Source: Nitrosopumilaceae archaeon (GTDB lineage: Archaea > Thermoproteota > Nitrososphaeria > Nitrososphaerales > Nitrosopumilaceae). From it: a DNA stretch of 64,000 nt. Position 1 is the stretch's first letter; every line of letters begins with the position of its first letter. The notes below the pieces were generated by a model, which ran no database searches, had not been told where the DNA came from, and worked only from the letters and a program-made list of their open reading frames with translations. This document shows, piece by piece, positions 31,801 to 41,000 of this stretch. Made by a program: the position numbers and the translations under genes. Location of the stretch: the NCBI GenBank assembly GCA_965203465.1, contig CBDBCR010000002.1, positions 64,001 through 128,000 on the forward strand, written 5' to 3'.

Positions 31801-34800
31801 CCAGATAACGGTGGAGTTCAGCGAGGCGGTAAGGAGCCCCGACACCACCGGCGAGGGCTGGTCGGTGTCGGGCGCCGGCTCGGCCCAGCGCCACGTCACG
31901 GGCAGCTCCGACATATCGTCGGGCTCGACCACCGTGGTGCTGACGCTCTCCGGGAACCTGCCGGGCACGGCGCCGGACGGCGTGGTGCTGCGCTACGAGA
32001 CGTCCGGCACGGACGTGGGGACCGACGACGGATCCGGCTTCGGGGCCCTGGCGGACGCCTCGTCCAACGCCCTGGCTGCGCGCGCGTCCGTGCAGGTGTC
32101 CGACGGCATCGCGCCGACGTTCACCGCGCGGGCAACGGCGCTGAACAAGATCGTGGTCACGTTCAGCGAGGACGTGACGACCACCGGAACCCCTAGATAT
32201 CCTTGGAATGTCTCGGGCTGGTCAGTATTCGGCGCCGGCTTGGGCGTGTCGTCGCGTTCCGACTTGCCTACACCGTCCGACACCATGGTTATCACGCTGG
32301 ACGGCGACCTTCCAAGCACCAACCTGCAAGATTTCGTACACGGAAACAGGATATACGGATTCATCGTCCAATACCATTCCAGGGGAGGCGATGTGCTAGA
32401 CGCTGCAGGCAACGAGATCTCGCAGAGCAGGTTCACGGTGTTGGACGGCCTCGCGCCAGTCATACTGTCGGCCGTCTCGCGCGACCCCGCTCGGATCGAT
32501 ATAGTCCTTTCAGAGAACGCCACCGGCACGGCGACCGACGCTGCTACCACGTGGACGCTGGGGGGTGCCGACGCGGGAGGCCGCACGGTCACTGCGTACG
32601 ACGGCGCGGCAGACTCGAACAAGATACGGCTGACGGTCTCACCTCCGTTTGCAGAACCCCTCGGATCGGTCACCGTGAGCTACGACGGCGCTGTAGGCGA
32701 TTTGGCGGACGGCGTCGGCGTGCCAATGGAGTCTGTGACGGTGCCCATAACGACATCGGGATTTGCGCCGACCATACTGTCTGCCCGCGCCGGCTCGCCC
32801 AGCTCCATCGAGGTGACGTTCAGCGACGCGGTGTTCGGCACGGCCACGAGCCCCTCGGAGACGTGGGTGCTGCACGGGCCCGACGCGTCGGGGATAACCG
32901 TCTCAAAGTACCCGGCCCCGTCCAACAGCACCCTGGTGCTTGGCCTGTCGCGCGACCTGCCCGACACGAGCCCCGACGTGCGGCTCCAGTACGTGAGGGG
33001 GCCGGGCGACGTAGCCGACGCGGCCGGCGACCAGCTAAAGTCCACCGCGTCGCCACACGTGCGCGTCTCCGACGACCTCGATCCGGTCCTGCTGCACGCC
33101 TCGTTCAACGAGGGCACGGGCGTGTTTTCGGCCACGTTCAGCGAGGCCGTGGAGATCTCGTCGGTCAACGGCGACAACCTCAACATACGCGAGCGCGGAT
33201 ACGCCTACGGCGGGGTCCCGCTCTCCGGCCTGCTGACCACCGCGTCGGATTCGGCGACGCTCGAATTCGCGCTGCCCGAGAGGCAGAGGCAGGCCGTCAT
33301 CGCCATGGAGTCCCCGCAGCTCGACGTCTGGAGGTGGGCGGTGCGCGACCTAGCGGGCAACCCGATCGGGATCATGCTGGACAACAGGATCAACGTGCGG
33401 CTCGATGTGGTGGGGCCCGCGCTTAGGGGGGCGGAGCTCAACGAGGGCGACGGCACCTTGCGGCTCGACTTTGACGAGAGGATGGCCGAGCCGACGGCCT
33501 CGCAGGCGGCGGGCATCAGGCTCACCGGTGCGGGCGGCACCGTCACGTTTGCCGCGGCCGACATCGCCTCGGCGCGCCTCGATCCGTACGCTCCGACTGT
33601 GATAACCGTCGCGGTGACGGAGGCAAAGAGGCAGGCGATCATCGCGGCCGGCCCGACGGCCATAGACGTGATCTCGGGCGGCCTGCGCGACGTCTCCGGG
33701 ACCATGGCCTCGTCGGCCGGGACGGTCTTGGATCCGGTCTTTCCGGATCTTCTGCGTCCCAGCCTGGAATCCTCCACGCTAGACGCGGACAGGGGCGTGC
33801 TGGTGCTCGGGTTCAGCGAGACCATGGACGCGTCGTCTGTCGAAAGCGAGATCTCGAGGGTCGCCGTCGCCACGCCCGACGGGCGGGTGCAGCTGTCCGG
33901 GACCGCGCAGGCGCAGGGCACCCGCGTGACGGTCAGCCTCGCCTCGCCGGTGTTTTTGTCGCTGCTCGATTCCATGCAGGACACGTTCGTGGTGCCGCGG
34001 CCGGGTACCAACTCGACGCTCCGGGCGGAGCGCGCGCCGCTGGACTTGGGGCCGATATCGCTGCCCGTGCCGGGCACCAACTCGACGGTGCAGGTGGCGC
34101 GCGCGCAGCTCGAGCCGGGAGACCTGTACCTGCAGGTGCCCGGCGCCGACCCGCTGTTCACCGACACCTCGTCCAACGTGGTCAAGCGCGAGTCGGTGCA
34201 GGGCAGGGTGTACGTCGAGGACGGCAGCCCGCCTTCGCTGGTGTCGGCCTCGGTCGTCGGCCCCCACACCGTGGTGGCGCAGTTCAGCGAGGACCTGGAC
34301 GACGGGACGGTGCAGCCCTACGACTTTGGCGTCTCCGGGCGGACGGTGCACTCTGTACAAGAGTCGTCTGGCGCCGTCACCATAGCGCTGAGGGACGCGA
34401 GCCCGTTCTCGTCGGATGACACGCCGGCGGTGAGCGTGGAAGGGCCCGTCTCGGACACGTTTGGCAATATCCTGGAGCCGGGCCCGTCGGTGCTGGCAGA
34501 CAACTCCATAACGCCGGTCGCGCTGTCGCGGTTCACCACATCGAGCGACGGGCCCGCCAAGGCCGGCGATCAGATAGACATAAAGCTGCGTGCGCAGGGC
34601 CAGATACTGGCCGGCGCCTCGGTCCTGCTGGTCAACGGCGAGCGCGTGCCCACCACCGGGACGCCGGGAGGCTTCGACGCGGTGTACACCGTCCCCGAGG
34701 GCGCCCGGGAGGGGCCGCTGGCGCTGTCCGTGCTGGTCTTTTCGAGCGCGGGCACGCCGACCGACTTTTCAGAAAGGGATCTTACCGGGCCCAACGCGGT

Positions 34801-36760
34801 GATAGACACGTCGCCCCCACAGGTCAGGTACGCCACGATAAGCGGCGTCGATTCGTTCACCGTCACGTACGACGAGCCGGTGACCGCGTCGGCCTCCGAC
34901 TATACGGGCATATCCGCGGACGGCTCGCCGCCAGTCTCGGCCCTGCGCATCGAGGGCTCCGGCGGCAGCAACATACTCGTGACGTGGGCCGGCTCGGGCT
35001 CGGGCACGGTTCCCTCGACTGTCTTTTTCACGTCCGGCGCCGTCGCCGACGCGGCGGGCAACGAGGCATCCCCGCAGCGGGTGGCCGTGGCGGCCGCCAA
35101 GGCGTCGGTAGATCTCGACTCGGGCGCCCTGCCGCTCGCAAAGGGGACGGTGGTCAACGAGATCACCGCGCGCCCGGGCATCGAGCCGACCATCGGGGTC
35201 TCGTCGCTCACCAGCGCGGTCACCGACGCGCGCGTGCTCGCCGCGGCCGGCGGCACGGCCGTCTTCGACACCCAGCTGCGCCTGATCACGCAGACGCCGG
35301 GCCTGCCAGACGTCACGCTGCCGGCCGGCACCGAGGTGGGCGGACTGGGCCCCCTGACGTCGGGCGGCACCACGTTCGCCGAGGCGCTGCTCGTCTCGTC
35401 CAGCTCGTCGACGGCGCACCTTGGCGCCGAGCAGTTGCGCGGCGCGTACCCGCTGCTCTTGGACGGCCTGGCCACGACCGTCCAGGTGGGCCATCCCAGC
35501 CGCGACATCACGTTCAGCAAGCCCGTGCTGCTCGAGTTCGACTCGCGGCTTTCGGGCGCGCTGGTCTTTTCGGTGGGGACCGACGGCGTGCCGTTGCCCA
35601 TACCGCCGTGCGACCCGTCGTGGGACGCAAAGTCGCTGCCCGTAGGCCAGGCGGTCCCCGACGGCTGGCCGCAGGGCACCTACGACACGGACGCCTGCGT
35701 CGATGCCGACTCGGACTCTGTCTGGACGGGCCACTTTACCGTGTTCGGCGTCTCGCAGCGGATCTCCGGCGGCGGCTCGGAGTGCGACGACTGCACCCCG
35801 CCGACGCTCGGCTACGACGAGTACGGCGCGAGGCTGGTGGACGGGGGCTTTTCGTACAACGGCCTGGCCTCGGACGTGCAGTACTTTTTCACCCCCTACC
35901 CGCTCATCGAATCGGAGGTGGGCAGGCACAACACCGCCGTGCTAAAGATATACGAAAACGAGGGGCCGCAAAACCTGTCGCACGTCTCGCTGGCCTTCGG
36001 CCTGCGCTCCGGGCAGGTCATATCGGAGAGCCTCGCGGTCATAAACTACGACATTTCGCACGACGGCTCCGGGACGGCCTCCGTCGTAGATCCGGAGGGC
36101 GCCATAGACCTCGAGACGCTCAGCGCCGAGCACGAGACCGTCGAGTGCTCGCCCGGCTCGGAGCTGCTGTGCGTGCGGGTGTCCATAGGCCACATGTTCA
36201 GGGCCCCGCTCGAGTTCGACATCGTGGGTACCGACGTGTGGGATTCGCAGCGCAACGCGTGGCAGAACTACTTCAACCACGGCATACGGGTGTCGGGCGA
36301 GCCGCTCGACCCGCAGCCCGGAATGGAGGCCAACGGCGGGCAGCTGGTGCTCTACCCGATATCGCCCGGCTCGGCAAACACGGACGTCATGGCAGACTCT
36401 GCGGGGCGCCTGTACAAGCTCTCGCCGGACGGCCTGTACCGGGAGCTTGCCAACCAGTCGCGCCTGTACCACATCATAGACGAATCGATGTACCTGACCG
36501 ACGGGATGCCGATGCAGGGGTACGACCGCTCCGATCCGCGGTTCAGGGAGCACCTAGAGGCGCAGATACTGGCGGCCCAGCAGGTGATGGACGCGCTCGT
36601 GCCGTCGCAATACGAGTACCCGCCGCAGGCCCCGTCCGAGGCGCCAGACCAGGCCGCCGCCGATGCGCGCCTGCGCGCCGCCGTGGCGGCCGAGCAGCAG
36701 AGGGCGCTTTTGCTCTTCGAGGAGCTGTTCGGGTACCAGGGAATCAACGATCAAAACTAG
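28808..36760 (+). CDS. Giant secreted Ig-like-repeat surface protein, paralog 2 (about 2,650 aa)
   Basis: Signal peptide ending PAAEA; repeated DxxAP...LDExTG...FSExV...GAVxDxxGN domains; HFTVFG and CDDCTPPTLG module. Confidence 0.88.
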   Translation: MGSVRGLAALAILASGICAAGAVPAAEATVPAISAFTEPGVRGLNTYAASLDMSNDGTWAAVLTITFNTPMAVHTSESDALEEILIKPGVASANTDGSATGSAIGFDGNAVKIFYLPPAEETLRLITESNSSLYVSGTALKSADTGTAMAEFGQLEKYENGNRAADSGTRVKWSDDSAAPRVASASIDRDSRVLYVVSDESLAFGVYPLPTETPPSRDYGTSPSNATKFSVRDGPSAASGVGMSASNDPSVHRSPAHEMRFALSARQLAEVAGYSDPHLHVEAGAFEGIANFSLSTEENEYVSERLNYLPGIASASLSSSLSVAFDEPVEKGTGAFYIRGSAAGSYDPATDVSGTLSVSGAAGSAELTAAALARVLAMPSPYLHLEAGAVTDSDGAANVKKSRQLSVAGGLYAAKMDSAGAVSLDFSPDVKTGEADVDQSKIFVRDGPGTSGGTALTGSTVSSAGDGATVAVSLTAGQVSTVTGYSEPHVYFEAGAVKSTSGAALSAPASSTQLVSSIFLESASVDLNNYADGSDRRAGKLVLKFSGPVAAGASGADSLSKITVREQDNSPSAELGSAASISFSSGTVTIALSAEQKDAVRAMSGDLEILAGPGAFKSADTSLPLAAVGDGDLSVPAGSVTADATGPVVTSASLDEETGVLEFTFDEMVRAGTVAETQIRLHDQGSPGFDLGSSAVASSGVSDTVTVQLDEEARKNAIALTAPHYRMAGAQAVVDTSGVPIIQNSSALLTSTPDDAAPTVHATIAPVLDEGSGTLSVTFSESVKDGPANVDLDRMFVANGRFAAGGTALTGSQVTSTVDTDASVTVVLTEELRQAAIGYPAPHLRFGAGAVDDLSGNAMAASASATRIMATDDEEAPVIRSATIDEGTGAWTVTFSEIVSPGSARGTAMYVREAGGGAYNSSKDVPLALPSLTVSSSGALSEAGRQKVIAMATPTVYVVKDAVMDISSNGIEAAGTAASVAPDSAAPAIVSAAATSLNQITVEFSEAVRSPDTTGEGWSVSGAGSAQRHVTGSSDISSGSTTVVLTLSGNLPGTAPDGVVLRYETSGTDVGTDDGSGFGALADASSNALAARASVQVSDGIAPTFTARATALNKIVVTFSEDVTTTGTPRYPWNVSGWSVFGAGLGVSSRSDLPTPSDTMVITLDGDLPSTNLQDFVHGNRIYGFIVQYHSRGGDVLDAAGNEISQSRFTVLDGLAPVILSAVSRDPARIDIVLSENATGTATDAATTWTLGGADAGGRTVTAYDGAADSNKIRLTVSPPFAEPLGSVTVSYDGAVGDLADGVGVPMESVTVPITTSGFAPTILSARAGSPSSIEVTFSDAVFGTATSPSETWVLHGPDASGITVSKYPAPSNSTLVLGLSRDLPDTSPDVRLQYVRGPGDVADAAGDQLKSTASPHVRVSDDLDPVLLHASFNEGTGVFSATFSEAVEISSVNGDNLNIRERGYAYGGVPLSGLLTTASDSATLEFALPERQRQAVIAMESPQLDVWRWAVRDLAGNPIGIMLDNRINVRLDVVGPALRGAELNEGDGTLRLDFDERMAEPTASQAAGIRLTGAGGTVTFAAADIASARLDPYAPTVITVAVTEAKRQAIIAAGPTAIDVISGGLRDVSGTMASSAGTVLDPVFPDLLRPSLESSTLDADRGVLVLGFSETMDASSVESEISRVAVATPDGRVQLSGTAQAQGTRVTVSLASPVFLSLLDSMQDTFVVPRPGTNSTLRAERAPLDLGPISLPVPGTNSTVQVARAQLEPGDLYLQVPGADPLFTDTSSNVVKRESVQGRVYVEDGSPPSLVSASVVGPHTVVAQFSEDLDDGTVQPYDFGVSGRTVHSVQESSGAVTIALRDASPFSSDDTPAVSVEGPVSDTFGNILEPGPSVLADNSITPVALSRFTTSSDGPAKAGDQIDIKLRAQGQILAGASVLLVNGERVPTTGTPGGFDAVYTVPEGAREGPLALSVLVFSSAGTPTDFSERDLTGPNAVIDTSPPQVRYATISGVDSFTVTYDEPVTASASDYTGISADGSPPVSALRIEGSGGSNILVTWAGSGSGTVPSTVFFTSGAVADAAGNEASPQRVAVAAAKASVDLDSGALPLAKGTVVNEITARPGIEPTIGVSSLTSAVTDARVLAAAGGTAVFDTQLRLITQTPGLPDVTLPAGTEVGGLGPLTSGGTTFAEALLVSSSSSTAHLGAEQLRGAYPLLLDGLATTVQVGHPSRDITFSKPVLLEFDSRLSGALVFSVGTDGVPLPIPPCDPSWDAKSLPVGQAVPDGWPQGTYDTDACVDADSDSVWTGHFTVFGVSQRISGGGSECDDCTPPTLGYDEYGARLVDGGFSYNGLASDVQYFFTPYPLIESEVGRHNTAVLKIYENEGPQNLSHVSLAFGLRSGQVISESLAVINYDISHDGSGTASVVDPEGAIDLETLSAEHETVECSPGSELLCVRVSIGHMFRAPLEFDIVGTDVWDSQRNAWQNYFNHGIRVSGEPLDPQPGMEANGGQLVLYPISPGSANTDVMADSAGRLYKLSPDGLYRELANQSRLYHIIDESMYLTDGMPMQGYDRSDPRFREHLEAQILAAQQVMDALVPSQYEYPPQAPSEAPDQAAADARLRAAVAAEQQRALLLFEELFGYQGINDQN

Positions 36761-37018
36761 GGCGCGCGGCTCGATCGCGGCAAAGTCCGCGGCGGCGCCG
36801 CGCATGCGGCCGCCCGACGCGTCGGCGGGCGCTTGGCAGAAAACCTGTCTCCAACTACGCGTTTTACACGCGCGTCGGGATTTTTGAATCGCGTGCATGC
36901 CGCGTCTGCGGCCGTTCGTCCGGCCGGATGCGGCGCCGCGCCCGCCTTCGCAAGTGCAGTAAACCAAACAAAACGCCCGTCAAAGCGGCCCGCCCGCGTC
37001 AAAAAAGGCGGCTAGGCA

Positions 37019-37336
37019 CTACTGCTGGGGCGCGGCCCCTCCGGACAGCAGCGAGAGCACGGGCATGGCGTCCCACCCGTACATGGTGTACTCTAGCTTG
37101 TCCGAGCAGGCCTCGTCGTACTTTTTGAAAAAGTCGTCCGCCTCGTCCTTGGCCGCCTCGAAGACCGCCATGCCGGTGGCTCCGTCGTCGAACGATCCGG
37201 ACCACATGATCCTGCCCTTCGACTGCCATTCGTCGACGAGTTCCCTGACGCGCGGTGCGACCGCCTCCAACTCCTCCCGCGTGGTGCCGTCCTTGATCAC
37301 AGAGATCAGCACCCACGGCTTCTGTTCCTGGCTCAT
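37019..37336 (-). CDS. Small YCII-like / dimeric alpha-beta barrel protein
   Basis: GRIMWSGSFDDGATGMAVFEA pattern; tttatt box about 28 nt upstream. Confidence 0.6.
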   Translation of the reverse strand: MSQEQKPWVLISVIKDGTTREELEAVAPRVRELVDEWQSKGRIMWSGSFDDGATGMAVFEAAKDEADDFFKKYDEACSDKLEYTMYGWDAMPVLSLLSGGAAPQQ

Positions 37337-37411
37337 GGCGGGCGGCGTGCCCGCGTAGATAATAAAGCATGGGCGGAATGCACGCGCCTGTTCCAAGCCC
37401 GGATAACGGGC

Positions 37412-37852
37412 CTACGCGATCCGGGCGCTGCCGAAGAGCACGCCGAACGCCTTGCACCATATGAGGACCTCGTCGTACTTTTCCAGGTCCGTCCCGTCGG
37501 GTATGGCGTAGTTTTGGTTGCCAGAATTCCCCTTTAGGGTGCCGAGGCTCACGTAGTCCGACGCGCTCTGGTCGGTGGCCAGGTACACGTACAGGTCGGG
37601 GCCGTTGGTGGACCTAAAGTCTTCCAGGCGGAGCACGCGGGATCCGTCCGCCTCCAGGACAGAGGCGGTCCCCTGCGCGTCGTGGATGCCGTCGCCCACG
37701 CCCACGAACGTGCCGCTGTACGCGGTGGCGGGGGCGCTCCCCATCTGCGGCGCGGCCTCGTCCACCTCGGTCTCCGTAAAGTACGGGCTGAGCGCGTACG
37801 CGGCCACCGCCACGGCCACCACCGCGGCCGCCACGGCCGCCGTCTTTATCAC
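37412..37852 (-). CDS. DM13 domain protein with N-terminal anchor
   Basis: NGPDLYVYL, LKGNSGNQNYAIP, VLIWCKAFGVLFGSA. Confidence 0.92.
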   Translation of the reverse strand: MIKTAAVAAAVVAVAVAAYALSPYFTETEVDEAAPQMGSAPATAYSGTFVGVGDGIHDAQGTASVLEADGSRVLRLEDFRSTNGPDLYVYLATDQSASDYVSLGTLKGNSGNQNYAIPDGTDLEKYDEVLIWCKAFGVLFGSARIA

Positions 37853-38052
37853 GCCGAACCTTGCAGGCGGGAGGATTTAACTGATGTTCCGAATCGCGGC
37901 AGACGTGCGGACGGTTCCCGACCGCGGGCGCGCCCGGATCGGGGCGCAGGGGCGGACGGCGCCGGGCGCCGCGGGTTTGCGTGCCTGGATCGAGACCAGA
38001 TTCGCCGGCCCGCCGGAGATATCTTAATAAACTCGACCGGCTAGCGTCAAGC

Positions 38053-41000
38053 ATGCGCGGCGCGCTCTATGCTGTGGCGGCGATCTCGGCCTTGGCGGCA
38101 GCGGCCCTCGCGCTGCCGGGGGCCGAGGCGCACGAAGGCACCATCACCGTCTCGTCGGCGGCGATCGTGGGCCCGCACAGCATAGACGTCGTGTTCACCG
38201 ACAGGATAGGGTACGTCCGCGACGGCACCGACGCCCAGCAAAACGCGCTCTACAGCAACGATCCGAGCGCGCACGCGCCGGCCATCCACAACCAGATGAA
38301 GGCTCTGTACAACAGGGCCGTCGGCGGAGACAGCTCGGCGTGCCCTGAATTGAAGACGATGGGCGCGAGGTACTCGCAGCTCTTTTACAGCAACGTCGTG
38401 CTCTCGCCTGGCGGCGCCAAGCAGATATACCTCGTAGAGCCGGTCAACATAACCACCGACCGCATACACCTCAACCCGTGCGAGAACATCCCGAGGGGCG
38501 CGACGGCCACGCTGCACATAGCAGACGCCTCGTACGGGACACACCCAAACTCGGTGTACAACAGGCAGTTCAACTATACGGAAAATCCGGGCGACTACTT
38601 CAGCTTTGGCTGGATCGGCACGCACGGCCACGACATCAACGCGGCGACGATCCACGTGATAGAAGGCCGCCCGCCGGTGGTGCTAGACAACCCGCTGGTC
38701 AACGTGAACACCGGGAGGGTGTTCTTCCACTTTGACGGCCCCGGCGCCAACGGATCCCTCACCGACCCGTCAAAGATAACGATCGGCGGCGTCAACATGG
38801 CCGGCGCATACCACACCACCACGACGGGGGCAGTCTCGCTCACGCTGCACGGCGGACAGAGGGAGGCGCTCGCCGAGGTGCAGGATACGAAACTGACAAA
38901 GGGCGGCGCCCCGGTGCCCGGCAGCGTGGTGCTGGCAGCCGGCGCGTTCGCCCGCGCGAGCGGCCACGCCACCGAGGCCGTCACGCTCACGCCGCGGGTC
39001 ATAAAGGACACCTCGCCGCCGGAGCTGTCGTTCCTCTTTTCGGAGTTCGACTTGGGCCACGGCCTCATCAAACTGAGGTTCGACGAGCCCGTCTCGACCT
39101 CGGCGGACTTGGGCAAGACGCGTATGTTCAACTCCGGCGCGTACATGACGCTGGCGGGCGCCTCGATACAGGAGAGCGCGCCGTACTCGGAGCGCATCAC
39201 GATACAGCTCACCCCGTCGCAAAAGGCGACGATCATGGATCCGGGCTCGTTCCCGCCGCGCATACAGTACGGGTTCCGGGACCAGGCCAGCTTTCCCGAC
39301 TCGCACGGGTTCTCCAACAGCCTGCGGAACATCAACATGTCGGGCGGCGCGTTCAGCGACGCGGCCGGAATCGCCGCCCGCGTCAACCACTACTTTGGAA
39401 CGATCGCCAGCGTCCACCTCGACCACGGCTTCGAGGACAGGGTGGCGCCGCGCGTGCTAGCGCAGTCGCTGTACCTTGGCAACGACGGCGAGCTGAGGAT
39501 AACGCTGGACGAGTACGTCAGGGCCCGCTCGGCCGACCTGACCGGCGTGAGCCTGTCCGGCTCGGGGCAGTCCGTGAGCCTATCGGCGGCCAGCTCGCTA
39601 AAGTCCAACGGCGAGGAACTCCGCATATCGCTCACCGAGGAGCAGAGGCAGTCGGCGATAGGCATGGGCGCGCGCGTGGACTTGGGCGTGCGGGCCGGCG
39701 CGCTCAACGATCTGGCCGGCAACCCGATCGCGCAGCTCTCCGGCGCGCAGCTCTCGCTGGTACGGGACGGGCAGGGCCCGTCGTTCGTGTCCGCTTCGCT
39801 GGACGACGAGACCGGCGTGCTGACCGTCACGTTCGACGAAAGGATAGACGTGACGCCCGCGTCCAGGGTGGATCAGTCCGGTATCGTCATCTGCGCCTCG
39901 GGGCGTTCGGACGCCGCCCGGCCCGCGGACGGCCCGCACGCAGACCCGACAGTGAACAGGCTCGGCATCTGCGCCTCGGGGCATTCGGACGCAGTCCGGC
40001 TCTCGGGGCAGACGGTCCTCGGCACCGCCGCCGACGCGGCGACCGTGCGGCTCACGCTCACCGAGGCGCAGAGGTCGGCCGTCTCCGCGTACAATTCGGG
40101 CTCGCTGGTGCTGGAGATGGACGCCGGGGCGGTGCGCGACACGTCGGGCAACCCGTCCCCGCAGCTCTCCGAGCACCTCAACGCGTCGGCCGACAAGACG
40201 GCCCCCTCCGCGCAGTCGGCCTCGATAGACCTCGGCACGGGCGAGCTCTCGGTGACGTTCGACGAGACAGTCGACGCCACGCCGGCGTACAGGGTGGACC
40301 TTTCGAGGGTGAAACTGCACGAGGCGGGTAGCGCTGCGATGCTGCCGCTCTCCGGCGCGCAGGTCTCCGAGGCCGACAGCCCGGTTGTGCGCGTGACACT
40401 TACGGAAAGCCAGAGACAGCAGGCCGTCTCGTACGCCTCGGGGCTGGCCGTCACGCTCGAGGCCGGCGCCGTGCACGACGCGGCGCGCAACATGGCGGCG
40501 AGAACCGCCGGCCTGTCCGTGTCCGTCTCGGCGCAGGACGAGACGGCGCCGTCGCTGTCCGCCGCCTCGCTCGACGGCGGCACCGGGGTGCTGACGCTGC
40601 TCTTCGACGAGACGGCCGACGCGTCCGCGGCCGACACGTCGAAGATGTGGCTAAAGGACAGGGGCTCGGCAGACGCGGCGCGCCTATCCCTCTCGTCGGC
40701 CTCGTCGGTCTCTGCGCACGACGCAGAATCGATCGAAGTCACGCTCAGCGGCGCCCAGCGCCAGGCGGCGCTGGCGTTCGCGGACCTGCTGCTGGACTTG
40801 GACGCGTCCGCGGTGGCAGACACGTCGGGCAACGGGATCGAGGCCGCGCGGGACGCCGAGGTCGGAGACAGGCTGGACGCGGTGGCCCCCTCGCTGGTCT
40901 CTGCCTCGCTCTCGGGCCCCAAGGAGGTACGGGTGTTCTTTAGCGAGGATCTGCTGGATTCGTCGGTGCAGCAGTCCGACTTTGAGGTCAGCGCGCACAC

